The notes under the pieces were generated by a model, which did no database searches, was not told where the DNA came from, and was given only the letters and a program-made list of their open reading frames with translations. Below, piece after piece: positions 39,381-55,283 of a stretch of DNA of 64,000 nt (its first letter is position 1; each line of letters starts with the position of its first letter). Source of the DNA: Octopus vulgaris (lineage: Eukaryota); the NCBI GenBank assembly GCA_951406725.2, contig OX597822.1, positions 93,868,001 to 93,932,000 on the forward strand. Reading direction: 5' to 3'. Both the position numbers and the translations under genes were made by a program.

Positions 39381-39411
<31 letters not shown>

Positions 39412-39412
<1 letters not shown>

Positions 39413-39916
39413 CAAGCAGCATAGCCCGGCGTTGCCCGGATATGTAAGAGCCCCTAGTAGGCAACGACTAATCCCAATCTAGTCCTTTCCCTCTAATTTC
39501 CTGCCAATTTGTGAAAGATATTGTCGAAAATATGTCATCTTGAATTTGAACACGATTTCCCAAAATGGCATGATTTTATCAATTTTTCTGATGGTAAGGT
39601 ATTGCATGGAAAACTAACGTCAGAATTAAGTTTCTTAGGGTAACATTAAGCTTCACCATGAGTTTGGTGAAAATCGATTGCAAGTTGCGAAAACTACAAC
39701 AGAAAATGTGTTGCTTATAAAAAGCTCAGATTCTCGACCCTATGTCGAATTTATCGATTTTTTTCAGAACTGGGGGAACTTTTCAAAATTTTCGCTGCGT
39801 TAGTTTTGAATTATGACATTGGGCTATGTGTGTGTCAAGTTTCATCGGTTGAAAGCTGTGGTCAGGGTGAGGGTACAACCTGACAGACGCACAGACATAC
39901 AGACAGACAAACTGCC

Positions 39917-39922
<6 letters not shown>
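39412..39922 (-). mobile_element. Non-autonomous Helitron-like element
   Basis: Subterminal hairpin CCCGGCGTTGCCCGG next to a CTAGT-like end (here CTTGT on minus), (GACA)n microsatellite near the other end, AAGTTTCATC motif; inserted in (TA)n. Confidence 0.55.
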
Positions 39923-39992
<70 letters not shown>

Positions 39993-40005
39993 ATATATAT
40001 TTATG

Positions 40006-40062
<57 letters not shown>

Positions 40063-40066
<4 letters not shown>

Positions 40067-40437
40067 GTTGTGTGCATCCCAGACAAAGGCAACCACCCAT
40101 TAGGGCGTTCATGGATGACCTCACAGTCATGACAGATTCAGCGCTAGGCTGCCAGTAGATTCTGCAGGGACTAGAAAAGGTGATGGAGTGGGCTCGGATG
40201 CGTTACAAACCAACCAAATCAAGATCTATGGTGCTGAGGAAAGGGAAGGTGGAGGACAAGTTCCGGTTTAACATCTCAGGAACAGCCTTTCCTTCAATCA
40301 CAGAGAAGCCAGTCAAGAGCTTGGGCAAGGTTTTCGACAGCTCATTGAGAGACACCACATCTATCCAGTCGGCCTGCACTGAGTTGGATGGATAGCTGAA
40401 ATCCATGAACAAGTCAGGACTACCTGGGAAGTTTATG
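40063..40437 (+). pseudogene. Longest HERO-like RT fragment
   Basis: [14 protein letters not shown]...[61 protein letters not shown]...ELDG*LKSMNKSGLPGKF. Confidence 0.8.
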
Positions 40438-43266
40438 TACATATATATATATATATGTACATAAACAATCAAAGGATCAACAGTCAATACTGAGTAGAGA
40501 TATTGGTAGATCGTAGGAGTAGGGTTTGTGAATACATTCGTATTGTTGAGTACAGGTAAAACCTAATGTGGGCAAACCTTTTGATTTGGGTGTTCATCAA
40601 AGCCAAGAGAATTTATAAATATTAGATTTATATAATGACGTGAGGTCTTGGTTGTAAACACATATATGACTGTATTCTTGAGACTGAATGTGATGATTTA
40701 AGGCTTGATTAATGGATCGAAAGGTGATCAAGGTGTCACCTCGCTTATCCCTGAGGTACATTTCTGAGTCATAGAAAAGAAATCATATTTTTTACTGTCT
40801 ATCTAATTCTCCAAACCCGTTCCATCAACACCGGTGAATATTGTTTGGAATAGGTTGTGCTTGACTTGACTAAAAACTATATACAACTGTCCACTGAGCC
40901 GGCAGAAACGTTAGCACACCGGGCGAAATGCTTAGCGGTATTTCGTCTGCCGTTACGTTCCGAGTTCAAATTCCGTCGAGGTCGACTTTGCCTTTCATCC
41001 TTTCGGGGTCGATAAATTAAGTTACGCACTGGAGTCGATATAATCGACTTAATCTGTTTGTCTGTCCTTGTTTCTATCTTCTGTGTGTAGCCCCTTGAGG
41101 GCAGTAAAAAAAAAAAAGAAAAAAAAAACAAATAACAACTGGCCACTAACCGATTCATGGGAAAATTTTATTCTCCACAGGTTAATCCTTTTCATGTGAA
41201 ATTAAATTTCATGGTTTTTCTAGTAATGATGTTAAATAGTTACTAAAAAATAGGACTGATATTTTCTGCAAGTCAAGTTGCTTCAATAAACTTGACATAT
41301 CTCACCAAAAATTTTTTTTCAAATATGATATTTTCATCATAATATAGATTGGTGTATAAAACTGCTTTCCGCAGTTTTGCGTGGATATGATTTCGGCAGT
41401 TAAAGGTGTTGACGTGACGAAGAAGGGAGATAAACACCAGCTATTACATATTGGTTTCAAATTTTGGCACAAGGCTAGCAATTTGGTGAAAGGGTAAGCC
41501 GATTACATCGACCTCAGTGCTCAACTGGTACTTATTTTACCGATCCCGAAAGGATAAAAGGCAAAGTCGACCTCGGTGGAATTTGAATTCAAAACGTACA
41601 GACGAATGAAATGCTGTCCAGCGTTCTAACGATTCTGCCAGCTCGCTGCCTTTTATCAGCGACTAATATTAATCGTTACCAAGGCGGCGAGCTGCCGGAA
41701 TCGCTAACATGACTTGCGAAATGCTTAGCGACATTTTGCCCGTCTTTATGTTCTGAGTTCTAATTCCGGTTGGGTCGACTTTTTTCTTTTATCCATTCGG
41801 ATTTGACAAATTGAGTACCAGTTGAGCACTGGGGTCGATATAATCGTCGAACCCCCACCTTCCATCGAGAATGCTGGCCTTGTGCCAAGATTTGAAACCA
41901 ATATTAATATTGCGTTTCCTTGTCCGTATTTCTCGGAATAAATAATACTTCCGAATACCCTGGAACTTCCGTGGTTCATACATATTCTTTTTATTCATAG
42001 CAAGGGTGTCCAACATACGTGTATTTACTCAACGTTTGTTTTTGTTTGATTTGCGATCGTCACCAGGCAATTTTGTTCCTGAATATTTGCATGATTCCTG
42101 GCTGGATTCGATGTAGAAATATCTATTTCTAAATCATTTATATATAAAAAAAGTTTAAACATAAAAAACTATAAAACAAATTTGATCCCTGGGGTGGAAT
42201 AAACTTAAATTGTCACTCTAATTTCAACCTTGTTCTGTGCTGCAGAGCAGCCGTTTGCACTTTAAGTTAATTGTAGGTGTCTGTATATGTGATCGTATAT
42301 CGGAAATTATCAGCTCTGTATTTATATCAATGACATCCTGATCCCAGGCCCTGTAGGTGAGAGAGCAATAAGTGTTCGGAAATTACATCGAAACTAGACT
42401 GCGACTATGTACACATCCGGGTATAAAACGGGATAATCAGAAATCAAGCAAATGTGTAAATATGATGATCAGAAATCAAGAAATGTGTAAATATAAATAT
42501 TGCCTATGCTTGTACTCCCTCGGTACGCGGTCAATGATCTGAAATATATAATCCCCTTAATAACAGCTATTCTCGCTCTCGGTCATTCACCTCTACTCAT
42601 GAATGTAGGTCACGAGAAAGCTGAAAATCTAGGTCTTAAAATGGCTTACTGTCAATAAAATGATTTGATTGGTTTGTTTCTAATTTTTTTCCTGTTTGTT
42701 TCGTACATAATTAATATTCTTATATTCTATAACTTATGCTGATATTTTGGGAATTTATTTCGGCTATTATATTGTTGCAAGAACTCAGAAAATCCAAATT
42801 TTTTGGTTCAATCCCTCCCTGTCAACTACCCTATTGTCATTTCGAATTCCATTAATTCAACAGTCAAGGATCTTCTGAATTTGAAGAATTAGATTTTTAG
42901 AAATAAAAAAAAAGCACTTGAAGTTGTAAATGATCTTATGCAGAAAATAATTTAGTTTTGGATTGGTTAGAATAGAACACTGGTGTCATGCGTGTTATTT
43001 TAACCAATCCAAAGTTGTAGATGTACAAATATACACTTTTCATGATTAAACAACAAGTTGAGCAACAAATGGGGACGTTTATATGAAAGGAGTACAAAAT
43101 CTTTTCCATATACATACATGCATACATGCATACATGCATACATGCATACATACATGCATACATGCATACATACATGCATACATATATATAAATACATACA
43201 CACATACATACATACATACATATATATACATACATACATACATACATACATACATACATACATACA

Positions 43267-43302
<36 letters not shown>

Positions 43303-45492
43303 TGTGTATGTGTGTGTGTGTGTGTGTGTGTATTATAACTTTACAAGAATAGAGGTAGCAGAAACTTCGAAGTTACCACCTGTTAGCCTTCATCGGACTG
43401 TACACACACACTCACATATTTATAAAACGATCAGTGTCGTTTACAAATCATCGGTAAAGAACATTAGGTAGAATGTCCAGTACAAACTGTCTTAATCTAC
43501 ATATTTAAACTGCATTAAACTTTGCCAAGTTTACCTTTACCTATTCTCAGTTACTTGAAAGGTGATGTTCCCTTCCCTCTGTTGTATTCCTTGATACCAT
43601 TGTTTCACTTTAAGTATGCTTATTTACCCATCCATTAGGATATTTCGATTGTTGTCCATTGTTTCAAATACGTTTAAGCATTGCTGTTCTAGTCTTTTTT
43701 AAACCATCTCATATGATTCGTCCCAAAGAATCAACCTTTAAATAAGAGTTTTGCTTCCACAAGCGAAAGTTATACGTATCTTTCAGAAAGCTCCATACCA
43801 ATTTAACTTTATGCAGCATTCGCTGTTAGTTTATGCGCAGGCTATGAGGGAAGACAGAATAAAGGGGCTTTTGTTAGTTTATCTCTCCGAAAAAAATAGC
43901 TCTTTCTCTTATTGAATAAAATAAACTCGCCGAGGGGAAGTTTCAACGTCTTCCTTCAATTTCCTCACACCATTTATGTGGCTGTTTCTGACAAGAAATT
44001 TCGCTTTCGTGTAAAACAACTATATTTTGTAGTCATTTTCCGTAATCTGCTCCCAAAACCCTTCAGTAGCACTATTTGCATCGCTTGCAAACTTATATGT
44101 TCTATGATCATTAAAGTGCGACGACCTCCACAATAACCAGCCTTCAATTTCATAAACCTTCTCATAAACCTTCTCGGTAGTTCAGTTATTTGGTGAATAA
44201 AATACTATCAAAGCAACTTAAACCGTCGAAAGGACGGGTGCGTTTGCCAGTGTTTCATAAAGAAGTTCTGAAATATGAGATAAATGATAACAGCGTTTAC
44301 ATGTCTTCAGGCTTCTAATCTAACAACTTTTTATCCAAGTATTTTCAGACTGTACTTTTGGCAAGATATATTTACAGATCTTCCAAAAGTACATAACTCA
44401 ATGAGTACTTCAGATCAGCGGGTGGAAATTTAACAGAAATGTGAAGACTGAAAAAATAGCGTGCGAAATTTCATTGAATGGGCAGGATATGAACTTGAAA
44501 AGCAAAGCCCACTTAATAGTAATGTCTAAAAATATTTTTTTCTTTTTTCAGAAAAATGTAAGAAAAGCAGACTACAGAAGACAAAAACAAAGAAATGGTA
44601 TTTGATATTTTTAAAGAGGGTTGTGAGTATGGTAAATTATTAAACTGTGCTATTCAAAGCTTAGCATCAAAATTTGAGAAAAACGACACTTTATATGGTT
44701 CTATGACTTTGGCATACATGTCACGGAAAGGGGATTGATCTCTGGGCATATATGAAGCAGGCCCACCGTTCTGTGTGATATGTATTGTTATCAGAGGAAA
44801 GGCGGCGAGCTGGCAGACACGTAAGAGCGCCGGGCGAAATGGTTAGGGGTATTTCGTCTGTCGTTGACAAAATAAGTACCAGTTGAGCACTGGAGTCGAT
44901 ATAATCGTCGAACCCCCACCTTCCATCGAGAATGCTGGCCTTGTGCCAAGATCTGAAACTAATATTAATTAATATTGCGTTTCCTTGTCCGTATTTCTCG
45001 GAATAAATAATACTTCTGAGTACCCTGGGACTTCCGTGGTTCATACATATTCTTTTTAATATTTTCGTACATCAATTTATGGATCTTTATCGTTTCATTT
45101 ATATTAAAGATTTCGTCAATTTTGTCTAAGGTTTCGTGTTCCATATTAAGGTTGTTTAAAGCTTAACACTCGGGCTTTGTTTCATTATTCTTGATATTTC
45201 AACTGCATCTTCGATTTTGTACGACTGTTAAAAGCGGTGAAGGTGTAACACTCGAACGCACATCTTAACAAGTAGAATAATAACTGAAATAATTTTTCTC
45301 ATTGATAAATATTGTCAAGGATATCAAGTATAGGTACAGGCATAACTGTGTGATAAAGAAATTTTCTTTGCAACTCTATGGTTTCAGGTTCAGTCTCACA
45401 GGCGTCATCTTGGGCAAGTGTCCTTTACTGTAGCCCGGGACGACCAAGGTAAATTGAATGAATTCGGTTGACAGAAACTGCGTAAAACTAAG

Positions 45493-45572
<80 letters not shown>

Positions 45573-45768
45573 GATAGATCGTCGCCATGATAGATCGTTA
45601 GCCACTACAAACACATTTTTTTCTCTTCTTCTTTTTCTCTGCATCCCTTTCTGTAGAAGAGCGTAGGCTCGAAATGTAAAAGACTTTTTCTATTCCTGAG
45701 CGTTATACTAATACATCTCATTGTTTTGTACACCATCTGCCTTCATCTTTTGTTTTTTTTTCGTAAAC

Positions 45769-45942
<174 letters not shown>

Positions 45943-46560
45943 CATATACATATGCATGTATGTATGTAAGCGAGTGAGTATATCTCCCTACCGTGTGGCA
46001 ACTGGTGTTGGTTTGTTTGCGTTCCTCCGTCAATTAGCTATCGACTTAACGAGAGCAATTAAACAAGCGTCAAACTTCAAATAAGTATGCTATCGAGTTC
46101 TTCATTGAAACCCAGCAATGCGATGCTCCAGTATGGGTGCAGTCCAGTAACCGAAACAGATAAAGGAATTGTCATTTCGTCACAGCACTTTTATTTCTAG
46201 TTAACTCGTTAATGGTTTACCGCACGTTTCATACGAATTCTACAGATAAAAACAAAAACAGATAACAAATACCGATAACAACAAAAACACGACGTGAGAC
46301 TGGAAATTATAAAGTACAAAAAACAAAAAAATAAATGAAGAAAAACATGACACCTGGGATGAGGATAGAAAACAAGATTAAAGATGCTAAGCAATCGAAT
46401 GTTTGTATACATTTTATATTCTTTCTTATGACAAAGAATAGACATAATTTTATGGAATTTCCCTGGGGAAATTTTGAAATAACAGAATTCGAACCTCATT
46501 CCCCAACACTTTCCAGATAACTAAAACGTCAAGAAGGATTTTCTCAAACATATATTTATT

Positions 46561-47457
46561 CCTATCTTAATCACATTTTTAGATGTAGTTATTGAATTAG
46601 AATCAACTTGTTTTATTGGCATAAATCCATCTTGACTATTTCAGCTTTCTCGTGACCTATATTTTATAAGTACAGGTGAATGACCGACTGTGAGAATTTC
46701 TGTTTAGGGGATTTTGTGTTTTTCGGGTTATTGACCTCATAGCAAGGGAGTCCAACAAACGTGTATTTACTCAATGTTTGTTTTTGTTTGATTTGCGATC
46801 GTCACCAGGCAGTTTTGTTCCTGAATATTTGCATGATTCCTGACTGGATTCGATGTAGAAATATCTATTTCTAAATCATTTATATATAAAAAAAAATTAA
46901 ATATAAAAAAACTATAAAAAAACTTGATCCCTGGGGTGGAATAAACTTAAATTGTCACTCTAATTTCAACTTTGTCCTGTGCTGCAGAGCAGCCGTTTGC
47001 ACTTTAAGTTAATTGTAGGTTTCTGTATATGTGATCGTATATCGGAAATTATCAGCTCTGTATTTATATCAATGACATCCTGATCCCAGGCCCTGTAGGT
47101 GAGAGAGCAATAAATGTTCGGAAATTACATCGAAACTAGACTGCGACCATATACACATCCGGGTATAAAACGGGATAATCAGAAATCAAGCAAATGTGTA
47201 AATATGATGATCAGAAATCAAGAAATGTGTAAATATAAATATTGCCTATGCTTGTACCCCCTCGGTACGCGGTCAATGACCTGATATATTTAATCCCCTT
47301 AATAACAGCTATTCTCGCTCTCGGTCATTCACCTGTACTCATGAATGTAGGTCACGAGAAAGCTGAAAATATGGGTGTTAGGATGGCTTCATGTCAATAA
47401 AATGATTTGATTGGTTTGTTTCTAATGCAATAATCAAATCTAAAAGTATGATTAAGA
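46561..47457. promoter_or_regulatory. Inverted-arm cassette copy
   Basis: Paralog of 6873-7786. Confidence 0.6.
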
Positions 47458-48244
47458 CGTGAAGAAAGGTGTTTTTAAGAGAACAGTAAATGATGATTTG
47501 GAATTTCTGGAACTGGTTTTAAATCTTGTATTTTGTTCAAGAGATTTTTTTCTGTTTGTTTCGTACATAATTAATATTCTTATATTCTCAAACTTATACT
47601 GACATTTTGGGAATTTATTTTAAGCCTCGGGAAAATATTTCGACTATTTTGTTGTTGCAAGAACTCACAAAATCCAAATTTTTTGGTTCAATCCCTCCTT
47701 GTCAACTACTCCGTTGTCATTTACAATTCAGTAATGAGTGGCTGTGAGAATTTCTGTTGCAAAGGGGATTTTGTGTTTTTCAGGGTATTGACCTTATAGT
47801 AAGGGAGTTCAACATACGTGTATTTACTCAACGTTTGTCTTTGTTTGATTTGCGATCGTCACCGGGCAGTTTTGTTCCTGAATATTTGCATAATTCCTGA
47901 CTGGATTCAATGTAGAAATATCTATTTCTAAATTAATTATAAAAAAGAAACATGTTACCTGCCAGTAGATTCTGCAGGGACTAGAAATGGTGATGGAGTG
48001 GGCTCGGATGCGTTACAAACCAACCAAATCAAGATCTATGGTGCTGAGAAAGGGAAAGCGGAGCACAAGTTCCGCTTTAACATCTCAGGAACAGCCTTTA
48101 CATCAATCACAGAGAAGCCAGTCAAGAGCTTGGGCAAGGTTTTCGACAGCTCATTGAGAGACACCACATCTATCCAGTCGGCCTGCACTGAGTTGGATGG
48201 ATGGCTGAAATCCATGAACCACTCAGGCCTACCTGGGAAGTTTA

Positions 48245-48297
<53 letters not shown>

Positions 48298-48355
48298 GTT
48301 TAAATATTTGTTGTGCAAGATTTTTTATGTGAAGTCGTGTGTTGAAACAGATATT

Positions 48356-48712
48356 GTTATATTTCGGAATGGTCATTTTGCCAGTTTAGCCAATAAAAAC
48401 ACACGCACTATATATTTGGTGTTACTTTGCTTCAGTGTTATTTATTTTTTACATTAATCTTAATCTTATTTCGGCCAGAGCTCTTTCGTCACACTCCTGT
48501 GATCGCATCAGTGGTCATTTGTTTTCTTCTCACTTATTTGTGTCTCTCCTTACTAACCGTCTGATGCGGTCACAGGAGTGTGACGAAAGAACTCTGGCCG
48601 AAATAAGATTAAGATTAATGTAAAAAATAAATAACACTGAAGCAAAGTAACACCAAATATATAGTGCGTGTGTTTTTATTGGCTAAACTGGCAAAATGAC
48701 CATTCCGAAATA

Positions 48713-48716
<4 letters not shown>
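48356..48716. repeat. Foldback element copy
   Basis: Paralog of 9112-9472. Confidence 0.95.
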
Positions 48717-48760
<44 letters not shown>

Positions 48761-51530
48761 TAAACAATCAAAAGATCAACAGTCAATACTGAGTTGAGAT
48801 ATTTGCAGATCGTAGGAGTATGGTTTGTGAATACATTTGTATTGTTGAGTACAGATAAAACCTAACGTGGGCAAACCTTTTGATTTGGGTGTTCATCGAA
48901 GCCAAGAGAATTTATAAATATTAGACTTATATAATGACGTGAGGTCTTGATTATAAACACTTATATTACTGTATTCTTGAGACTGAATGTGGTGATTTAA
49001 GGCTTGATTAATGGATCGAAAGGTGATTAAAATGTCACCTCGCTCATCCCTGAGGTACATTTCTGAATTATTAGAAAAGAAATCATGTATTTTACTGTCT
49101 ATCTAATTCTCCAAACCCGTTCCATCAACACCGGTGAATATTGTTTGGAATAGGTTGTGCTTGACTTGACTAAAAACTATATACAACTGGCCACTGAGCC
49201 GGCAGAAACGTTAGCACACCGGGCGAAATGCTTAGCGGTATTTCGTCTGCCGTTACGTTCCGAGTTCAAATTCCGTCGAGGTCGACTTTGCCTTTCATCC
49301 TTTCGGGGTCGATAAATTAAGTTACGCACTGGAGTCGATATAATCGACTTAATCTGTTTGTCTGTCCTTGTTTCTCCCTTCTGTGTGTAGCCCCTTGTGG
49401 GCAGTAAAAAAAAACAAAAAAAAAAACAAAAACAAATAACAACTGGCCACTAACCGATTCATGGAAAAATTTATTCTCCGCAGGTTAATCCTTTTCATGT
49501 GAAATTAAATCTCATGGTTTTTCTAGTAATGATGTTAAATAGCTACTAAAAAATAGGACTGATATTTTCTGCAAGTCAAGTTGCTTCAATTAACTTGACA
49601 TATCTCAGCAAAAAATTATTTTCAAATATGATATTTTCATCATAATATAGATTGGTGTATAAAACTGCTTTCCGCAGTTTTGCGTGGATATGATTTCGGC
49701 AGTTAAAAGGTGTTGACGTGACGAAGAAGGGAGATAAACACCAGCTATTACATATTGGTTTCAAATTTTGGCACAAGGCAAGCAATTTGGTGAAAGGGTA
49801 AGCCGATTACATCGACCTCAGTGCTCAGCTGGTACGTATTTTACCGATCCCGAAAGGATAAAAGGCAAAGTCGACCTCGGTGGAATTTGAATTCAAAACG
49901 TACAGACGAATGAAATGCTGTCCAGCGTTCTAACGATTCTGCCAGCTCGCTGCCTTTTATCAGCGACTAATATTAATCGTTACCAAGGCGGCGAACTGGC
50001 GGAATCGCTAACATGAGTTGCGAAATGCTTAGCGACATTTTTCCCGTCTTTATGTTCTGAGTTCTAATTCCGCTTGGGTCGACTTTTTTCTTTTATCCAT
50101 TCGGAGTTGATAAAATAAGTTGAGTACTGGGGTCGATATAATCGTCGAACCCCCACCTTCCATCGAGAATGCTGGCCTTGTGCCAAGATTTGAAACCAAT
50201 ATTAATATTGCGTTTCCTTGTCCGTATTTCTCGGAATAAATAATACTTCCGAGTACCCTGGAACTTCCGTGGTTCATACATATTCTTTTTAACATTTTCG
50301 TACATAGCAAGGGTGTCCAACATACGTGTATTTACTCAACGTTTGTTTTTGTTTGATTTGCGATCGTCACCAGGCAATTTTGTTCCTGAATATTTGCATG
50401 ATTCCTGGCTGGATTCGATGTAGAAATATCTATTTCTAAATCATTTATATATAAAAAAAGTTTAAACATAAAAAACTATAAAACAAATTTGATCCCTGGG
50501 GTGGAATAAACTTAAATTGTCACTCTAATTTCAACCTTGTTCTGTGCTGCAGAGCAGCCGTTTGCACTTTAAGTTAATTGTAGGTGTCTGTATATGTGAT
50601 CGTATATCGGAAATTATCAGCTCTGTATTTATATCAATGACATCCTGATCCCAGGCCCTGTAGGTGAGAGAGCAATAAGTGTTCGGAAATTACATCGAAA
50701 CTAGACTGCGACTATGTACACATCCGGGTATAAAACGGGACAATCAGAAATCAAGCAAATGTGTAAATATGATGATCAGAAATCAAGAAATGTGTAACTA
50801 TAAATATTGCCTATGCTTGTACTCCCTCGGTACGCGGTCAATGATCTGAAATATATAATCCCCTTAATAACAGCTATTCTCGCTGTCGGTCATTCACCTC
50901 TACTCATGAATGTAGGTCACGAGAAAGCTGAAAATCTAGGTCTTAAAATGGCTTACTGTCAATAAAATGATTTGATTGGTTTGTTTCTAATTTTTTTCCT
51001 GTTTGTTTCGTACATAATTAATATTCTTATATTCTAAAACTTATGCTGATATTTTGGGAATTTATTTCGGCTATTTTATTGTTGCAAGGACTCAGAAAAT
51101 CCAAATTTTTTGGTTCAATCCCTCCCTGTCAACTACCCTATTGTCATTTCGAATTCCATTAATTCAACAGTCAAGGATCTTCTGAATTTGAAGAATTAGA
51201 TTTTTAGAAATAAAAAAAAAAGCACTTGAAGTTGTAAATGATCTTATGCAGAAAATATTTTAGTTTTGGATTGGTTAGAATAGAACACTGGTGTCATGCG
51301 TGTTATTTTAACCAATCCAAAGTTGTAGATGTACAAATATACACTTTTCATGATTAAACAACAAGTTGAGCAACAAATGGGGACGTTTATATGAAAGGAG
51401 TACAAAATCTTTTCCATATACATACATGCATACATACATGCATACATACATGCATACATACATGCATACATGCATACATACATGCATACATATATATAAA
51501 TACATACACACATACATACATACATATATA

Positions 51531-51562
<32 letters not shown>

Positions 51563-54187
51563 CATACATGCATGCATATATATATGTGTATGTGTGTGTG
51601 TGTGTGTGTGTGTGTATTATAACTTTACAAGAATAGAGGTAGCAGTAACTTCGAAGTTACCACCTGTTAGCCTTCATCGGACTGTACACACACACTCACA
51701 TATTTATAAAACGATCAGTGTCGTTTACAAATCATCGGTAAAGAACATTAGGTAGATAAAGCATTGAAAAATACACAAAACTCCTTGTATATAGAGATGC
51801 AATTTTACAGAAGCAGAAAATTTCTTGTCAGATGTATAAGCATAAAATCTGAAATATGAGACAATAATAAGAGCATTCATGTTGATATATTGTATATATA
51901 AATCGTAGTTTGTGTGTGCAATGACTAACCCATACACTTCCACAATTCTCAACCGATTTTCTCCAAACTTTACGTACACATCACTTATGTTCCAAGGATA
52001 GTCATGCACTATAATATTTTGCCAGAGCTCCCGCGTAAAAGGACCAAATAGATATAGTTTTTTTTGTATATAAGGTCTTCAATACTCTTTAATCTTTTTA
52101 TAAAATTGAAAGGGTTTTGTCTCTTTATTTCCAACGGTGATTCAATTGACTAGGAACACTATACGCGATGAATGTCCAGAACAAACTGTCTTAATCTACA
52201 TATTTAAACTGCATTAAACTTTGCCAAGTTTACCTTTACCTATTCTCAGTTACTTGAAAGGTGATGTTCCCTTCCCTCTGTTGTATTCCTTGATACCATT
52301 GTTTCACTTTAAGTATGCTTATTTACCCATCCATTAGGATATTTCGATTGTTGTCCATTGTTTCAAATACGTTTAAGCATTGCTGTTCTAGTCTTTTTTA
52401 AACCATCTCATATGATTCGTCCCAAAGAATCAACCTTTAAATAAGAGTTTTGCTTCCACAAGCGAAAGTTATAAATATCTTTCAGAAAGCTCCATACTAA
52501 TTTAACTTTATGCAGCATTCGCTGTTAGTTTATGCGCAGGCTATGAGGGAAGACAGAATAAAGGGGCTTTTGTTAGCTTATCTCTCCGGGAAAACAGCTC
52601 TTTTTCCTATTGAATAAAAGAAACTCGCCGAGGGGAAGTTTCAACGTCTTCTTTCAATTTCCTCACACTATTTATGTGGTTGTTTCTGACAAGAAATTTC
52701 GCTTTCGTGTAAAACAACTATATTTTGTAGTCATTTTCCGTAATCTGCTCCCAAAGCACTTCAGTAGCTCTATTTGCATCGCTTGCAAACTTATATGTTC
52801 TATGATCATTAAAGTGCGACGACTTCCACAATAACCAGCCTTTAATTTCATAAACATTCTCATAAACCTTCTCGGTAGTTCAGTTATTTGGTGAATAAAA
52901 TACTATCAAAGCAACTTAAACCGTCGAAAGGACGGGTGCGTTTGCTAGTGTTTCATAAAGAAGTTCTAAAATATGAGATAAATGATAACAGCGTTTACAT
53001 ATCTTCACGCTTCTAATCTAACAACCTTTTTATCCAAGTATTTTCAGACGGCACTTTTGGCAGATCTATTTACAGATCTACCAAAAGTACATAACTCAAT
53101 GAGTACTTCAGATCAGCGGGTGGAAATTTAACAGGAATGTGAAGACTGAAAAAATAGCGTGCGAAATTTCATTGAATGGGCAGGATATGAACTTGAAAAG
53201 CAAAGCCCACTTAATAGTAATGTCTAAAAATATTTTTTTCTTTTTTTCAGAAAAATGTAAGAAAAGCAGATTACAGAAGACAAAAACAAAGAAATGGTAT
53301 TTGATATTTTTAAAGAGGGTTGTGAGTATGGTAAATTATTAAACTGTGCTATTGAAAGCTTAGCATCAAAATTTGAGAAAAACGACACTTTATATGGTTC
53401 TATGACTTTGGCATACATGTCACGGAAAGGGGATTGATCTCTGGGCATATATGAAGCAGGCCCACCGTTCTGTGTGATATGTATTGTTATCAGAGGAAAG
53501 GCGGCGAGCTGGCAGACACGTTAGAGCGCCGGGCGAAATGCTTAGGGGTATTTCGTCTGTCGTTGACAAAATAAGTACCAGTTGAGCACTGGGTTCGATA
53601 TAATCGTCGAACCCCAAACTTCCATCGAGAATGCTGGCCTTGTGCCAAGATCTGAAACTAATATTAATATTGCGTTTCCTTGTCCGTATTTCTCGGAATA
53701 AATAATACTTCTGAGTACCCTGGGACTTCCGTGGTTCATACATATTCTTTTTAATATTTTCGTACATCAATTTATGGATATTTATCGTTTCATTTATATT
53801 AAAGATTTCGTCAATTTTGTCTAAGGTTTCGTGTTCCATATTAAGGTTGTTTAAAGCGTAACACTCGGGCTTTGTTTCATTATTCTTGATATTTCAACTG
53901 CATCTTCGATTTTGTACGACTGTTAAAAGCGGTGAAGGTGTAACACTCGAACGCACATCTTAACAAGTAGAATAATAACTGAAATAATTTTTCTCATTGA
54001 AAAATATTGTCAAGGATATCAAGTATAGGTACAGGCATAACTGTGTGATAAAGAAATTTACTTTGCAACTCTATGGTTTCAGGTTCAGTCTCACAGGCGA
54101 CATCTTGGGCAAGTGTCCTTTACTGTAGCCCAGGACGACCAAGGTAAATTGAATGAATTCGGTTGACAGAAACTGCGTAAAACTAAG

Positions 54188-54301
<114 letters not shown>

Positions 54302-54502
54302 GATAGATCGTCGCCATGATAGATCGTTAGCCACTACAAACACATTTTTTTCTCTTCTTCTTTTTTTCTGCATCCCTTTCTGTAGAAGAGCGTAGGCTCG
54401 AAATGTAAAAGACATTTTCTATTCCTGAGCGTTATACTAATACATCTCATTGTTTTGTACACCATCTGCCTTCATCTTTTGTTTTTTTTTCGTAAACTCT
54501 CC

Positions 54503-54673
<171 letters not shown>

Positions 54674-55283
54674 CATATGCATGTATGTATGTAAGCGAGT
54701 GAGTATATCTCCCTACCGTGTGGCAACTGGTGTTGGTTTGTTTGCGTTCCTCCGTCAATTAGCTATCGACTTAACGAGAGCAATTAAACAAGCGTCAAAC
54801 TTCAAATAAGTATGCTATCGAGTTCTTCATTGAAACCCAGCAATGCGATGCTCCAGTATGGGTGCAGTCCAGTAACCGAAACAGATAAAGGAATTGTCAT
54901 TTCGTCACAGCACTTTTATTTCTAGTTAACTTGTTAAGTGTCTACCGCACGTTTCATACGAATTCTACAGATAAAAACAAAAACAGATAACAAATACAGA
55001 TAACAACAAAAACACGACGTGAGACTGGAAATTATAAAGTACAAAAAACAAAAAAATAAATGAAGAAAAACATGACACCTGGGATGAGGATAGAAAACAA
55101 GATTAAAGATGCTAAGCAATCGAATGTTTGTATACATTTTATATTCTTTCTTATGACAAAGAATAGACATAATTTTATGGAATTTCCTGGGGAAATTTTG
55201 AAATAACAGAATTCGAACCTCATTCCCCAACACTTTCCAGATAACTCAAACGTCAAGAAGGATTTTCTCAAACATATATTTAT

